Assembly: GCA_945873755.1 (NCBI GenBank)
Contig: CAMCEM010000003.1
Span: forward strand, 1,085 to 65,084
Reading direction: 5' to 3'
Length of the DNA: 64,000 nucleotides
Source of the DNA: Chitinophaga pinensis
GTDB taxonomy: Bacteria > Bacteroidota > Bacteroidia > UKL13-3
This document shows positions 10,681 through 20,657 of this stretch, piece after piece. The position numbers and the translations under genes are program-made. Each line of letters starts with the position of its first letter. Within the stretch, counting starts at the first letter, position 1. The notes under the pieces were generated by a model. The model made no database searches. It saw only the letters and a program-made list of their open reading frames with translations, and was not told the DNA's origin.

Positions 10681-11313
10681 GTGAACAAAAAATATTTTTA
10701 TTCGAATGTTTTGAAAAATATAAAAATAAAATCTGCTGTTGCATTAGTATTTGCATTTAGTTCAATTTTTTCATGTAAAATAATTGCACAATCAAATAAT
10801 GATTACGAAAAAAAACCTTGGCTTATATCGTTTGGCGTCAACTCAATTTTTGAAGACAGAGATCAATTTGTAAGGTACGTTAATAATGAATCTATTTTAT
10901 GGAATATCAGTCCAATTACATTTGGAGTTGAAAAACGTGTTAATTACTTCATAGGATTAAGTGGGATTATAGGTTCAAATCAATATCCAGAAAATCAAAG
11001 AATAAATGGATTAAGTATAGAACAAGTAAAAGATATTATTTTTATTGATCTTAATACTAAATTCAATTTAGTTCCTTTACTTGAATACAAAACTTTTTTC
11101 GATCCATATTTTGTTGCTGGTGTTGGATATTTGAACAGAAGTGTAAATAATGAAATAGCTATAAATTTAGGATTTGGCTTTAACTATTGGTTAAATAAAA
11201 ATTATGCTTTTAATGTAGGTGGTTCTTATAAGTTTAACAGAGGAATTGAATCAGAAGTTAAAGAAGGCGATTTCCTTCAATTAAATTTAATGTTAATTCA
11301 AGTAATAAATTAA
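10681..11313 (+). CDS. Small outer-membrane beta-barrel-like protein
   Basis: Signal peptide; alternating amphipathic beta-strand pattern with G/Y/F-rich strands ('FVAGVGYLN', 'INLGFGFNYW', 'FNVGGSYKF'). GTG start. Confidence 0.5.
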   Translation: MNKKYFYSNVLKNIKIKSAVALVFAFSSIFSCKIIAQSNNDYEKKPWLISFGVNSIFEDRDQFVRYVNNESILWNISPITFGVEKRVNYFIGLSGIIGSNQYPENQRINGLSIEQVKDIIFIDLNTKFNLVPLLEYKTFFDPYFVAGVGYLNRSVNNEIAINLGFGFNYWLNKNYAFNVGGSYKFNRGIESEVKEGDFLQLNLMLIQVIN

Positions 11314-11419
11314 GTTGTTGTTTTTTAATTAACAAAAGCATAACAATAAGTTCGAATCAACAAAACTATTTGCTAACATTACTAAGTTACTATTGCAGAT
11401 TATATTAATTAATTGAGTA

Positions 11420-12808
11420 ATGGGAAAAATATTTCATAAAAATTCTGTTTATATTTTTTTATTGCGAATTTTCATTCTTTTATCAGATTTAATTGGATTG
11501 AATCTGATAATTTGGTTTTTTCAAGTTTTACTTGGATATAAATTTATTGTAAACTATAATTATCAAGAATTAAATTGGTTAATTTTTTCATTCAATTTTA
11601 GTTGGATTTTTCTATCTTACTTCTTCAAAACATACATTAAAAGTTTTCAAATTATTTACAATTTAAAGTCTACTTTTAATTTATTTATTGTTCATTCATT
11701 TATAAATGTTTTAATAATTAATTTCTTTTTCTATAGTTTAATTGAATTTAAAATAATTTTATTTTATGCTGTTTCAGTTGTTTTGTTTTTACCACTATCT
11801 CGTTATTTTATAAGTTTTTATTTAAATAAATTAGATAAAACTATACATTTAAGAAAAAGAGTTTCAATACTTGGTAATGGACCTCTTTACCCTAAATTAT
11901 TTGAATATTTAAATTCAGAAGATTCTGGATTTAAATTAGTACCAATTTTACCTAAAATTAGCGCTGAAAAAGTTAATTTAGAAATTTTTATTAATGCAAT
12001 TAATTTAGCTAAAAAGCACGATGTAACTGAAATTTATTCAACAATTACGCCTGTTGATGATAATATGCACATCAGAGTGGTTCACTTAGCCGAAAACGAA
12101 TTCATTAGGTTTAAATTCGTTCCCGATTTTAATGTAGTTCTTAAAAATCATTTTAAAGTAAGAGTAAAATCGCAAGTACTTGAAGTAAATTATACAAGAG
12201 AACCATTAGAAGAATTAGACAATAGAATAAGAAAAAGATTTTTTGATTTGCTTGTCAGTTCATTGGTTATTATACTTATTTTAAGTTGGTTATACCCAAT
12301 TATCGCATTGTTAATAAAGTTAGATTCTAAAGGTTCGGTTTTATTTAAACAATTAAGAAGTGGAAGAAAAAATAAACCATTTGTTTGTTTAAAATTTAGA
12401 ACAATGATTCCAAACGAAGAACAGGATTCGAAACAAGCCACTAAAAACGATTATAGATTTACAAAATTTGGTACATTTTTAAGAAAAACTAATCTTGATG
12501 AATTACCACAATTCATTAATGTTTTTTTAGGTCAAATGAGTGTTATTGGTCCAAGGCCTCATATGTTAAATCATACAAAACAATATGGTGAATTAGTTGA
12601 CTCGTACATGCAACGTCATTTTATAAAACCAGGAATTAGTGGTTGGGCTCAAATTAATGGTTTAAGAGGTAATTTAGATCAAAAAATGATGGAACTAAGG
12701 GTAAAATACGATTTGCATTATATTAAAAATTGGTCAGTTTGGAGCGATATAGATATAATGTATAAAACTTTTATAATTACTTTAGTTGGAGATGATAACG
12801 CGTATTAA
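11420..12808 (+). CDS. Initiating polyprenyl-phosphate sugar phosphotransferase (WbaP/WcaJ-type bacterial sugar transferase)
   Basis: C-terminal catalytic domain with 'FRTM', 'TKFGTFLRKTNLDELPQFINVFLGQMSVIGPRPH' and 'KPGISGWAQING'. N-terminal transmembrane helices. Confidence 0.9.
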   Translation: MGKIFHKNSVYIFLLRIFILLSDLIGLNLIIWFFQVLLGYKFIVNYNYQELNWLIFSFNFSWIFLSYFFKTYIKSFQIIYNLKSTFNLFIVHSFINVLIINFFFYSLIEFKIILFYAVSVVLFLPLSRYFISFYLNKLDKTIHLRKRVSILGNGPLYPKLFEYLNSEDSGFKLVPILPKISAEKVNLEIFINAINLAKKHDVTEIYSTITPVDDNMHIRVVHLAENEFIRFKFVPDFNVVLKNHFKVRVKSQVLEVNYTREPLEELDNRIRKRFFDLLVSSLVIILILSWLYPIIALLIKLDSKGSVLFKQLRSGRKNKPFVCLKFRTMIPNEEQDSKQATKNDYRFTKFGTFLRKTNLDELPQFINVFLGQMSVIGPRPHMLNHTKQYGELVDSYMQRHFIKPGISGWAQINGLRGNLDQKMMELRVKYDLHYIKNWSVWSDIDIMYKTFIITLVGDDNAY

Positions 12809-12827
12809 AAAAAATTATTTGTTAACT

Positions 12828-15701
12828 ATGAATTTAAAAGGCATACTATTATTTATTTTTACATTTTTATGGTTTTACTCTTTTTCTCAAACAGGTAAAA
12901 TAGCAGGAAGAGTTATTTCTTCTAAAGGAGAAGGCTTAATAAGTGCTGTAGTTACTATTAGTTTAGGCGAATTTACTAAACCTATACAAACTGATTACAA
13001 TGGCGATTTTAAATTCAATGATTTAAAGCCAGGTAAATACAAAGTAATGGCCAAATATGTTGGTTTTGATAATACTGTACTTGAAAATATTGAAGTTATT
13101 GCGGGTCAAACAACTCCATTAAATATTGTACTTTTTGAAAAACAAAAAACATTAAAAGACATAACAATTAAAGGTAAAGTTAAAAGAGACAATGTAAGTG
13201 CATTGCTAATAATGCAAAAAAATGCTGCTTCCGTTGGTGATGCAATTTCAGCAGAGGCAATAAAAAGAAGTCCAGATAAAAGTACTAGTGATGTTTTAAA
13301 ACGCGTTAGTGGAGCAAGTATACAGGATAATAAGTTTGCTATTATTAGAGGTTTAAATGAGCGTTATAATTCTGCATATTTAAATGGTTCACCACTTCCT
13401 AGCTCAGAATCAGATAGGAAAGCTTTTGCATTCGATATTTTTCCTTCAAATATGCTAGATAATTTAGTTATTACTAAAACTGCTACGCCTGATCAAACTG
13501 GCGAATTTGCTGGAGGAATAATATTAATTAATACCAAAAATATTCCTGACGAAAACTTTCAATCTTTTAGTTTTGGATTAGGATATAATAATTTAACTAC
13601 CTTTAAAGAAAAATTAACCTATAAAGGAGGTTCCTTGGATTTTTTAGGTTTAGATGATGGAACAAGGGGTGTTCCTAAAAATTTACCTGCATTAAATAAT
13701 TGGCCAGGTGATAGAGCTGGAAAAGCACAAGCAGCTAAACTTATGCCAAATGATTGGGGTGCTATAAGTAGTGTTTTTGGACCTTCTGTTTCATTACAAT
13801 ACACAATAGGAAAATCTTTTAAAATAAAAAAGAAAGAGGCTTTAGGTTTGCTTTTTTCATTAACATATTCCAACACTCCAAACAGATATGATCAATACTT
13901 ATATGGTTATGACCAAAATGATGAAAATAAAATTCAAACCAATTTAAAAGATATTAACTATACTGAAAGAATTTTAGCCGGTGCTTTATTAAATCTATCT
14001 TTTAAAGTTAATGAAAACAATAAAATTAGTTTTAAAAATATTTATAGTATTAATTCTGAAGATAGAGTTGTTAGAAGGATAGGTGCATTCAACTTAAATC
14101 AAATAGACCCACTAAGAACAGAGTCAAATTTATTTTGGTTTACTTCAAATGAAATATTGACAAATCAATTAAATTCAGAACATTATATTCCCAAAACCAA
14201 AACAAAAGTTAATTTATTAATTTCAAACGGAAATGTATCGAGGTTAACACCCGGAATGAGAAGGTTATTATATACTGCCGGAACTGGAGAAAAGTTTCAA
14301 GCAAATATTGTTACTAATGCCGATTTTGCTGCATCTACTGGTGGTACATATCTTTATACTACTATAAATGAAAATGTTAAAAGTGCTCAAGCAGATTTTA
14401 GTCAAAATTTTGATTTTAATAAAAATTTTAAAAATAATGTTAAAATAGGTTTTAATTTTCAAAGTAGAAATAGAGATTTTAAAGCACGAAAACTTAACTT
14501 AGCTAAATATCAACAAACTGGAGGTGGTGGTGTAGAATTTGCAGACTCACTGCTTTTTTTGAATGATAAAGAGATTTTTTTACCTCAAAATATAGGAATT
14601 CTTCCAGGAGGAAAAGGTGGATTCATGTTAGAACAAATAATAAATCCTTACGATGCCTATGATGCAAGTGCAAACGTTTTTGCAAGGTATTTTATGGTTG
14701 ATACTAAAATTGGAGCAAGATTAAGAGCTATTTGGGGAAGCAGATTAGAAACATTTTATTTAACCTTAAACTCAACAAGAGATGATCGTTCATTGATTCG
14801 TTTGAATACTGTTAAATATGATTTTTTACCTTCAATTAATTTTGTTTATTCTTTAAATGAAAAACAGAATTTAAGATTTTCTTATTCTGAAACAGTAAAT
14901 AGACCTGAATTTAGAGAATTGGCTCCATTTGTTTTTTATGACTTTACAAATAGGTATACTTATTCTGGAAATGATACCATTGTTAGGTGTAAAATTAATA
15001 ATTTTGATTTTAGGTATGAGTACTTTCCTGGTAAAAACCAATTACTTTCAGGAAGTTTGTTTTATAAAAAGTTCGATAAACCAATTGAACAATATTCTAA
15101 TCCAAACGCTGCAAGAGAGGTTACTTATGTAAATGCTATTTCAGCTGCCAATTATGGTTTTGAATTTGAATTTAGAACGGTATTATCTTCTTTATTTAAT
15201 ACCGACTCTATTTCTTTTTTAGAGAATACTACTATTTTTACAAACTATGCTTACATATTATCAAATGTTTTAATAAACAATAAAGATTCAAATTACAGAG
15301 AAAGTTCTACTATAAGTGACTTATTTAGAACAGATGGAAGAAGACTCCAAGGCCAATCACCTTATGTATTAAATGCTGGAATTCAATATGTAGATCCCAA
15401 AAGTGGATTGGGCGCTACGTTATCTATTAACAGTGTAGGCGATAGAATTTCTATAGTTGGAAATGTTAATGAACCGAGTTTATGGGAGCAAGGCAGAACT
15501 ACAGTAGATTTGCAATTATCTAAAACTTTTTTGAATAAAAAACTTGAAATTAGGCTTAATGCAAAAGACATTTTAGTTCAAGATTTAGTATTTTACAACG
15601 ATTTGAACAACAATTCACAATTTGATTCTAGCTCTGACTTTAAAATTATTTCACGTAATTTTGGTAATGAGTTTTCTTTTTCTGCAGCTTATAAGTTCTA
15701 A
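12828..15701 (+). CDS. TonB-dependent-receptor-like outer membrane barrel with N-terminal CarboxypepD_reg domain
   Basis: Signal peptide from the ATG at 12828 ('MNLKGILLFIFTFLWFYSFSQ'). 'GKIAGRVIS...GKYKVMAKYVGF' carboxypeptidase-regulatory-like domain. Plug-like segment ('AIIRGLNERYNSAYLNGSPLPS'). C-terminal 'FSFSAAYKF' barrel terminus. No SusD-like partner follows. Confidence 0.8.
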   Translation: MNLKGILLFIFTFLWFYSFSQTGKIAGRVISSKGEGLISAVVTISLGEFTKPIQTDYNGDFKFNDLKPGKYKVMAKYVGFDNTVLENIEVIAGQTTPLNIVLFEKQKTLKDITIKGKVKRDNVSALLIMQKNAASVGDAISAEAIKRSPDKSTSDVLKRVSGASIQDNKFAIIRGLNERYNSAYLNGSPLPSSESDRKAFAFDIFPSNMLDNLVITKTATPDQTGEFAGGIILINTKNIPDENFQSFSFGLGYNNLTTFKEKLTYKGGSLDFLGLDDGTRGVPKNLPALNNWPGDRAGKAQAAKLMPNDWGAISSVFGPSVSLQYTIGKSFKIKKKEALGLLFSLTYSNTPNRYDQYLYGYDQNDENKIQTNLKDINYTERILAGALLNLSFKVNENNKISFKNIYSINSEDRVVRRIGAFNLNQIDPLRTESNLFWFTSNEILTNQLNSEHYIPKTKTKVNLLISNGNVSRLTPGMRRLLYTAGTGEKFQANIVTNADFAASTGGTYLYTTINENVKSAQADFSQNFDFNKNFKNNVKIGFNFQSRNRDFKARKLNLAKYQQTGGGGVEFADSLLFLNDKEIFLPQNIGILPGGKGGFMLEQIINPYDAYDASANVFARYFMVDTKIGARLRAIWGSRLETFYLTLNSTRDDRSLIRLNTVKYDFLPSINFVYSLNEKQNLRFSYSETVNRPEFRELAPFVFYDFTNRYTYSGNDTIVRCKINNFDFRYEYFPGKNQLLSGSLFYKKFDKPIEQYSNPNAAREVTYVNAISAANYGFEFEFRTVLSSLFNTDSISFLENTTIFTNYAYILSNVLINNKDSNYRESSTISDLFRTDGRRLQGQSPYVLNAGIQYVDPKSGLGATLSINSVGDRISIVGNVNEPSLWEQGRTTVDLQLSKTFLNKKLEIRLNAKDILVQDLVFYNDLNNNSQFDSSSDFKIISRNFGNEFSFSAAYKF

Positions 15702-15814
15702 CTAAAAATTATTTAGTTAATATTAAGTTAAATTTATAATAATACTAAAGAAATTTTATCTTTACATTTATTCGTTTTATTTGTGTCTTAATTTTTAAAC
15801 AAACAAAAATACAA

Positions 15815-18800
15815 ATGAAAAAAATCACAACAACAATTTTAGCTTTGATGATGACTGTAATAGTTATGGGTCAAACAAGAACTTTGCAATCTGTAAACTA
15901 CAGAGGTGCATTTGAACCTGGTGTTACTGCATGGACAGATGGATGGACAAACTTTAATCCAAATGCAGTATCTTACACAACTGGTATTACTACCAATGTT
16001 ACTGCTAGTATTACCAAAAATACTACTTGGTTAGCTGGAAGAACTTATTTATTAAAAGGTACTATTTATGTGAAATCAGGAGCAACTTTAACTATTCAAC
16101 CTGGTTGTATTATTAAAGGTGACGCAAATGTTTCTAACTCATGTTTAGTTGTTTCAAGAGGAGGTAAAATTAACGCTCAAGGAACAGCTGTAAATCCTAT
16201 TGTTTTTACTTCATCTAAAGATTCAGGACAAAGAAACTTAGGAGATTGGGGTGGTGTAATTCTTTTAGGAAAAGCTAGAACAAATGCAACTGGTGGTGTT
16301 GCTAACGTTGAAGGTTTAGCTGCATCTACTGATAACGAATTTGGTGGAACTGACGATGATGATAATTCAGGTGTATTCTCATATTGCCGTATAGAATTTG
16401 GTGGATATATTTTCTCGCCAGATAAAGAAATTAATGGTTTAACTATGGGTGGTGTTGGTCGTAAAACAAAAATTGATCACGTTCAAGTATCATATAATAA
16501 TGATGATGCTTTTGAATGGTTTGGTGGAACAGTTAATTGCACTCATTTAGTTGCATTTGGTAATTTAGATGATGATATGGATACAGATTTAGGTTACAGT
16601 GGAACAGTTCAATTTGGTTTAGTAATTCGTGATAAAAACTTTTTTGATGCAAGTACAGGATCTACTTCAGAAGGTTTTGAATCAGATAACGATCCAGTTG
16701 GAACAGTACGTACATTAGCTCCAAGAGTAAATGCAGTATTTTCTAATTTTACATGTGTTGGTCCTTACCGTAACGATTTATCTCAATCAATTAATGGTAA
16801 ATATGAAAGAGCTATTCGTATCAGAAGAAATTCTAGCTTGCGTATATTTAATTCTGTATTTACTGATTATAACAAAGGTTTACAATTTGATGGAACTGAC
16901 TGTATTTTAAATGGAAAAAATGGATTGTATAATGCAGTTGATTCATTAAACGCATCTGCTGTTAAATATAATGTATTTGCTAGTATTAAAAACAATGCGT
17001 ATATGGTTGGAACTTATTCAGGTGCTAGCGGTTCTTATGCTGCTGCTGCTGCTTTAACTGCTGATTCAATGTTTAATGGTATGTTAAATACTTACCAAAC
17101 TGCTTCAAACGGTTTATTTGTTGATAATATTAATACCTCTAATTTTAACATGGATTATCGCCCAGCTGTTGGTTCTCCGTTAAATTCTGGTGCTAATTTT
17201 TCTGATGTATTTATTTCATCAAGAACTAAATTAGGTTTAGGCGATGCTACAATTTCATCTCCTAACAGCGGTGATTCAGTAGAAATTGCTAGCTTGTCAG
17301 ATGTTCAAACTGCCACCATTACATGTGCAAGTATTGCAAACGCAGATTCTTACAACTGGACAACAAGTGCAAAATCAGGTGTAACTTTTGTTTCTGGTCA
17401 AGGTACTACTTCAGTTACAGTATCTTTTGCAACTAATTTAGCATCTACAATTGCAAAACCTTTATTTATTTTTGTTCAAGCTACAAACAATGCTTCAAAC
17501 ACTTTTTCAGCAAAAGATTCAATCAGAATTTCAAGATCAAAGCCTACATTTAGAATTGGTGCTTTAACTTCTAATCCAAATAATAATTTAATTGGTTATA
17601 CTTGGCAATCTGCTGCATTAACTGTTCAAGCTAGTGCTGGTCAAAAAGTAGTAAATGTTGCAAGTACAGCTGGTTTAATGCCAGGTATGCACGTTCAAAG
17701 AATTGCTGGAACTACTGCGGGTAATGTTGGAACAAGCAATGTTGTTGATGTTGTTAATAGTGCAACACAATTCACTTTAAAAAACAATATTTCAGCTAAT
17801 TTAACTACAGGTGCTATTTTAAGAGCATTTTATGTTCCTTTAAATACTTTTGGTACTACTTCTAGTTCAAACGTTTCAAGTGCAGCAACTTATACATCTA
17901 CTGCTTCTGCTTCAAGTGCGTTAACTGCTGTTACTGTTGCATCAACTAGTGGTTTAGTTGAAGGTATGTGGTTAAGAGTAGTTTCTGGAACTGGTACATT
18001 AAAAGCTGGTACTATTGTTTCTAAAATTATTGATGGTACAACATTTGTATTATCATTACCACCTTCAGTTGCTTTAAATAATGCTGTAATAGCTGGATAT
18101 CCTGTTATGAATAACTTATGCCCTTACTCAGTTACTTCTGGTTATACTACTGAGTTCGATTATACTGTTGTTTCAACTACTGCATCTAACAATATTGGAT
18201 ATAAATTTGATGTTCCTAAAAATGCACGTATTTGCCGTGTAGGAAATAATGCATTAACTGATTATTTAACAAACCCAATTAAATCTATTTTAACTACTGC
18301 TAATTCAATTGGTGTTGTATTTGATTCAGCTCACGCATCAGGTGCAATTGGAGTTACACCATACAACAATGCTGGTTTAGGTACTAAATTTAGTTTAACG
18401 GTTGGTAAAGTTAAAGCTGGCGTTTACAAAGTAACTAGTAATGGTGCTGCAGTAGCTAATTCAACAGTAAGATACACTGCAAGTGTAACTAACGGTAGTG
18501 CTGTATCATCTTATAAATGGACTATCCCTGCTACAAACGTAACTGCATTGTCAGGTATAGTTGTTGGAAACGTTGTTACAACAACTACTGATACATTATC
18601 ATTACGTTTTGATAGCACAAACAATACAGTTAAATTTAAATCTGGTTCATTAAAAGTAGAAATAATTAACAACTGTGGAACTGGAACTGGTAAGTCATTT
18701 ACTTTAAATAATACAACTACTTTAGCTAAAACTCAAGGAGAAATTGAATTACAAGAAGTAATTGAAAATGCAACTGAAGCCAATACTTTCAGCGTATATC

Positions 18801-19030
18801 CTAATCCTAACAATGGTAACTTTAACATTAACATGACTGCTGCTAATACTGAAGCTGCTGCTCAAGTTATTATTACTAATATTCTAGGTCAAGTTGTTCG
18901 TGAAATTTCATTAACTAACGATAACGGAACTATCAATTCAGAAATTAACGCTAATCTTTCAACTGGTATCTATTTTGTAAAAGTACAAGTAGGTTCAGAA
19001 GTAAATGTTGCTAAAATATCTGTAAACTAA
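15815..19030 (+). CDS. Large T9SS-secreted surface protein (beta-helix-like N-region, PKD-like modules, Por/T9SS C-terminal sorting domain)
   Basis: Signal peptide. The N-terminal about 300 aa carry 'DDAFEWFGGT' and parallel-beta-helix-like repeats. Two 'SYNWT/SYKWT' PKD-like modules. The C-terminal about 80 aa ('FSVYPNPNNGNFNINM...GIYFVKVQVGSEVNVAKISVN') are a typical T9SS CTD. Confidence 0.8.
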   Translation: MKKITTTILALMMTVIVMGQTRTLQSVNYRGAFEPGVTAWTDGWTNFNPNAVSYTTGITTNVTASITKNTTWLAGRTYLLKGTIYVKSGATLTIQPGCIIKGDANVSNSCLVVSRGGKINAQGTAVNPIVFTSSKDSGQRNLGDWGGVILLGKARTNATGGVANVEGLAASTDNEFGGTDDDDNSGVFSYCRIEFGGYIFSPDKEINGLTMGGVGRKTKIDHVQVSYNNDDAFEWFGGTVNCTHLVAFGNLDDDMDTDLGYSGTVQFGLVIRDKNFFDASTGSTSEGFESDNDPVGTVRTLAPRVNAVFSNFTCVGPYRNDLSQSINGKYERAIRIRRNSSLRIFNSVFTDYNKGLQFDGTDCILNGKNGLYNAVDSLNASAVKYNVFASIKNNAYMVGTYSGASGSYAAAAALTADSMFNGMLNTYQTASNGLFVDNINTSNFNMDYRPAVGSPLNSGANFSDVFISSRTKLGLGDATISSPNSGDSVEIASLSDVQTATITCASIANADSYNWTTSAKSGVTFVSGQGTTSVTVSFATNLASTIAKPLFIFVQATNNASNTFSAKDSIRISRSKPTFRIGALTSNPNNNLIGYTWQSAALTVQASAGQKVVNVASTAGLMPGMHVQRIAGTTAGNVGTSNVVDVVNSATQFTLKNNISANLTTGAILRAFYVPLNTFGTTSSSNVSSAATYTSTASASSALTAVTVASTSGLVEGMWLRVVSGTGTLKAGTIVSKIIDGTTFVLSLPPSVALNNAVIAGYPVMNNLCPYSVTSGYTTEFDYTVVSTTASNNIGYKFDVPKNARICRVGNNALTDYLTNPIKSILTTANSIGVVFDSAHASGAIGVTPYNNAGLGTKFSLTVGKVKAGVYKVTSNGAAVANSTVRYTASVTNGSAVSSYKWTIPATNVTALSGIVVGNVVTTTTDTLSLRFDSTNNTVKFKSGSLKVEIINNCGTGTGKSFTLNNTTTLAKTQGEIELQEVIENATEANTFSVYPNPNNGNFNINMTAANTEAAAQVIITNILGQVVREISLTNDNGTINSEINANLSTGIYFVKVQVGSEVNVAKISVN

Positions 19031-19056
19031 TTATAGTTTTTTAATAATAATTATTG

Positions 19057-19087
19057 AAAACCCTCAACTTATGTTGAGGGTTTTTTT
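19057..19087 (+). terminator. Rho-independent terminator after the T9SS cargo gene
   Basis: 'aaaaCCCTCAACttatGTTGAGGGttttttt': 8-bp GC-containing stem, 4-nt loop, 7-T tail, 27 nt after the stop codon. Confidence 0.8.
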
Positions 19088-19140
19088 GTTTAACATTCTC
19101 ATAACATTAAAATAGTAACATTGCCTAAATATTTTTAACA

Positions 19141-19875
19141 ATGAAACAGAGTTTACTTTTTATATTAATATTATCAATTTTAACATCTTGCACCAAAGAT
19201 TCAAACACTATAATAGTTGAAACGAAACCTTATACTCCAAACCACAATACTTTTATAACCGAAACAAATGAAAATTTGATAAAAACTACCTATAAATATT
19301 CAACTATTTGGAGGTTAACTGAAATTCAAACATTTGATAACGAAGTTCCAACTGAAAAAATAAGTATTACATACAACAATAATTTGGTAACCAAAGCAAG
19401 TAATAAAAACAATACTTCGTACAAATATTATTTAAATAAAAAACGGTTGGCCGATAGTTTAAAAATAAATGTAATTGGTTTGTTAAGTATTACAGAATTG
19501 TATAAGTACGATATAAATGGATACATAATCAGAAAAGATATCAATGCTTTAATAAATAATGTTCCTTACGAAGAATATACTGATTATACAATAAAGAATG
19601 GAAATATAATTAAATCGGTTCAAACCACCGATACAGATGTTTTTACCACCGATTTTGAATATTATGAAGATTCGACCAATGTTTTGGCAGGTACTTTAGA
19701 AGCCATTTCTTTTATTCCACAAAGTAAAAATTTACTAAAGAAAGAATCATTTAGCGATGAAACATTTAACGAATATACTTATTTAGTTAATGAAGCTGGT
19801 GACTTAGAAATAACAATTGTAAATGAGTTTGGCGATATTAAACAACGAATTGTAACTACTACTAAAATTAAATAA
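19141..19875 (+). CDS. Hypothetical lipoprotein
   Basis: Lipobox 'LTSC' after a hydrophobic signal sequence. No recognisable domain. Confidence 0.6.
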   Translation: MKQSLLFILILSILTSCTKDSNTIIVETKPYTPNHNTFITETNENLIKTTYKYSTIWRLTEIQTFDNEVPTEKISITYNNNLVTKASNKNNTSYKYYLNKKRLADSLKINVIGLLSITELYKYDINGYIIRKDINALINNVPYEEYTDYTIKNGNIIKSVQTTDTDVFTTDFEYYEDSTNVLAGTLEAISFIPQSKNLLKKESFSDETFNEYTYLVNEAGDLEITIVNEFGDIKQRIVTTTKIK

Positions 19876-19956
19876 TACCTTAAATAATTCATAAATAGTT
19901 AACGCTTTAGTAACTTTAGATTTTTATTTTTGACAATTATTCTGTAAATTAATTTA

Positions 19957-20652
19957 ATGAAAACCCTATTTTTTTGTTTGTTTATGCTAGTTTTTGCTTT
20001 ATTTAGCAAGGCTGGAAATCAATCATCAAAAGAGGATTCAATTAAAATTGAAACAATAAACTTTGGTGTTTCATTAGGAATTGGTACAAATGGTTACAAT
20101 GGAAATATACAAAGTCAAATTAGCCAGAAATTTGGTATAAGATTAGGTTATTCGAAAGGATACTATGATCCGCAATATTATACAGTATTTAGTGGCAACT
20201 CTATTAATGTTGTAGCTAACTTTACTGTAGAATTGTTTAATTTTCAAGTAGATTATTTTCCGTTTAAAAATAAAATATTTAGAATTACAGCAGGAATTTC
20301 AAAAAATTTTAATACTTATTTGGTTAATATTACACCACTTACAAGTCAAACATTTGGATACATAAGTTATCCTCCAGAATCGATTGGGAATTTGCAAGCG
20401 AAAGTTATTGTTGATGAAATTAATCCTTATTTAGGCATTGGGTTTGGTAAAACAATTCCTAATACTAAATTTGGAATGGGTGTTGATTTTGGTTTGTACT
20501 ATCATGGTTCACCAAAGTTTATTTTAATTACAAATGGTTCTTTTGAGCCAAGTAATAATTCTAAAAACATATCATTATTAAATAATGCATTTAATGATTT
20601 TGTTTTTTTTCCCTTGGCAAATTTTAATATTGTTTACAGAATTACTAATTAA
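19957..20652 (+). CDS. Secreted beta-rich (barrel-like) protein, stand-alone copy of the C-terminal module of the 20658 gene
   Basis: Signal peptide. From 'FGIRLGYSKGYYDPQYYTVFSGNSINVV' onward it is near-identical in protein, and largely in DNA, to residues encoded at about 22425-23024. Confidence 0.65.
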   Translation: MKTLFFCLFMLVFALFSKAGNQSSKEDSIKIETINFGVSLGIGTNGYNGNIQSQISQKFGIRLGYSKGYYDPQYYTVFSGNSINVVANFTVELFNFQVDYFPFKNKIFRITAGISKNFNTYLVNITPLTSQTFGYISYPPESIGNLQAKVIVDEINPYLGIGFGKTIPNTKFGMGVDFGLYYHGSPKFILITNGSFEPSNNSKNISLLNNAFNDFVFFPLANFNIVYRITN

Positions 20653-20657
20653 TACAA

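Noticed and set aside
12786-12827. Upstream starts for the TBDR-like gene (12786), the N/W/G lipoprotein (33026) and the small lipoprotein (46993)
   Set aside because: The internal ATGs at 12828, 33068 and 47044 give canonical signal or lipoprotein peptides and remove overlaps with upstream genes. The longer forms add non-signal residues before the signal peptide.
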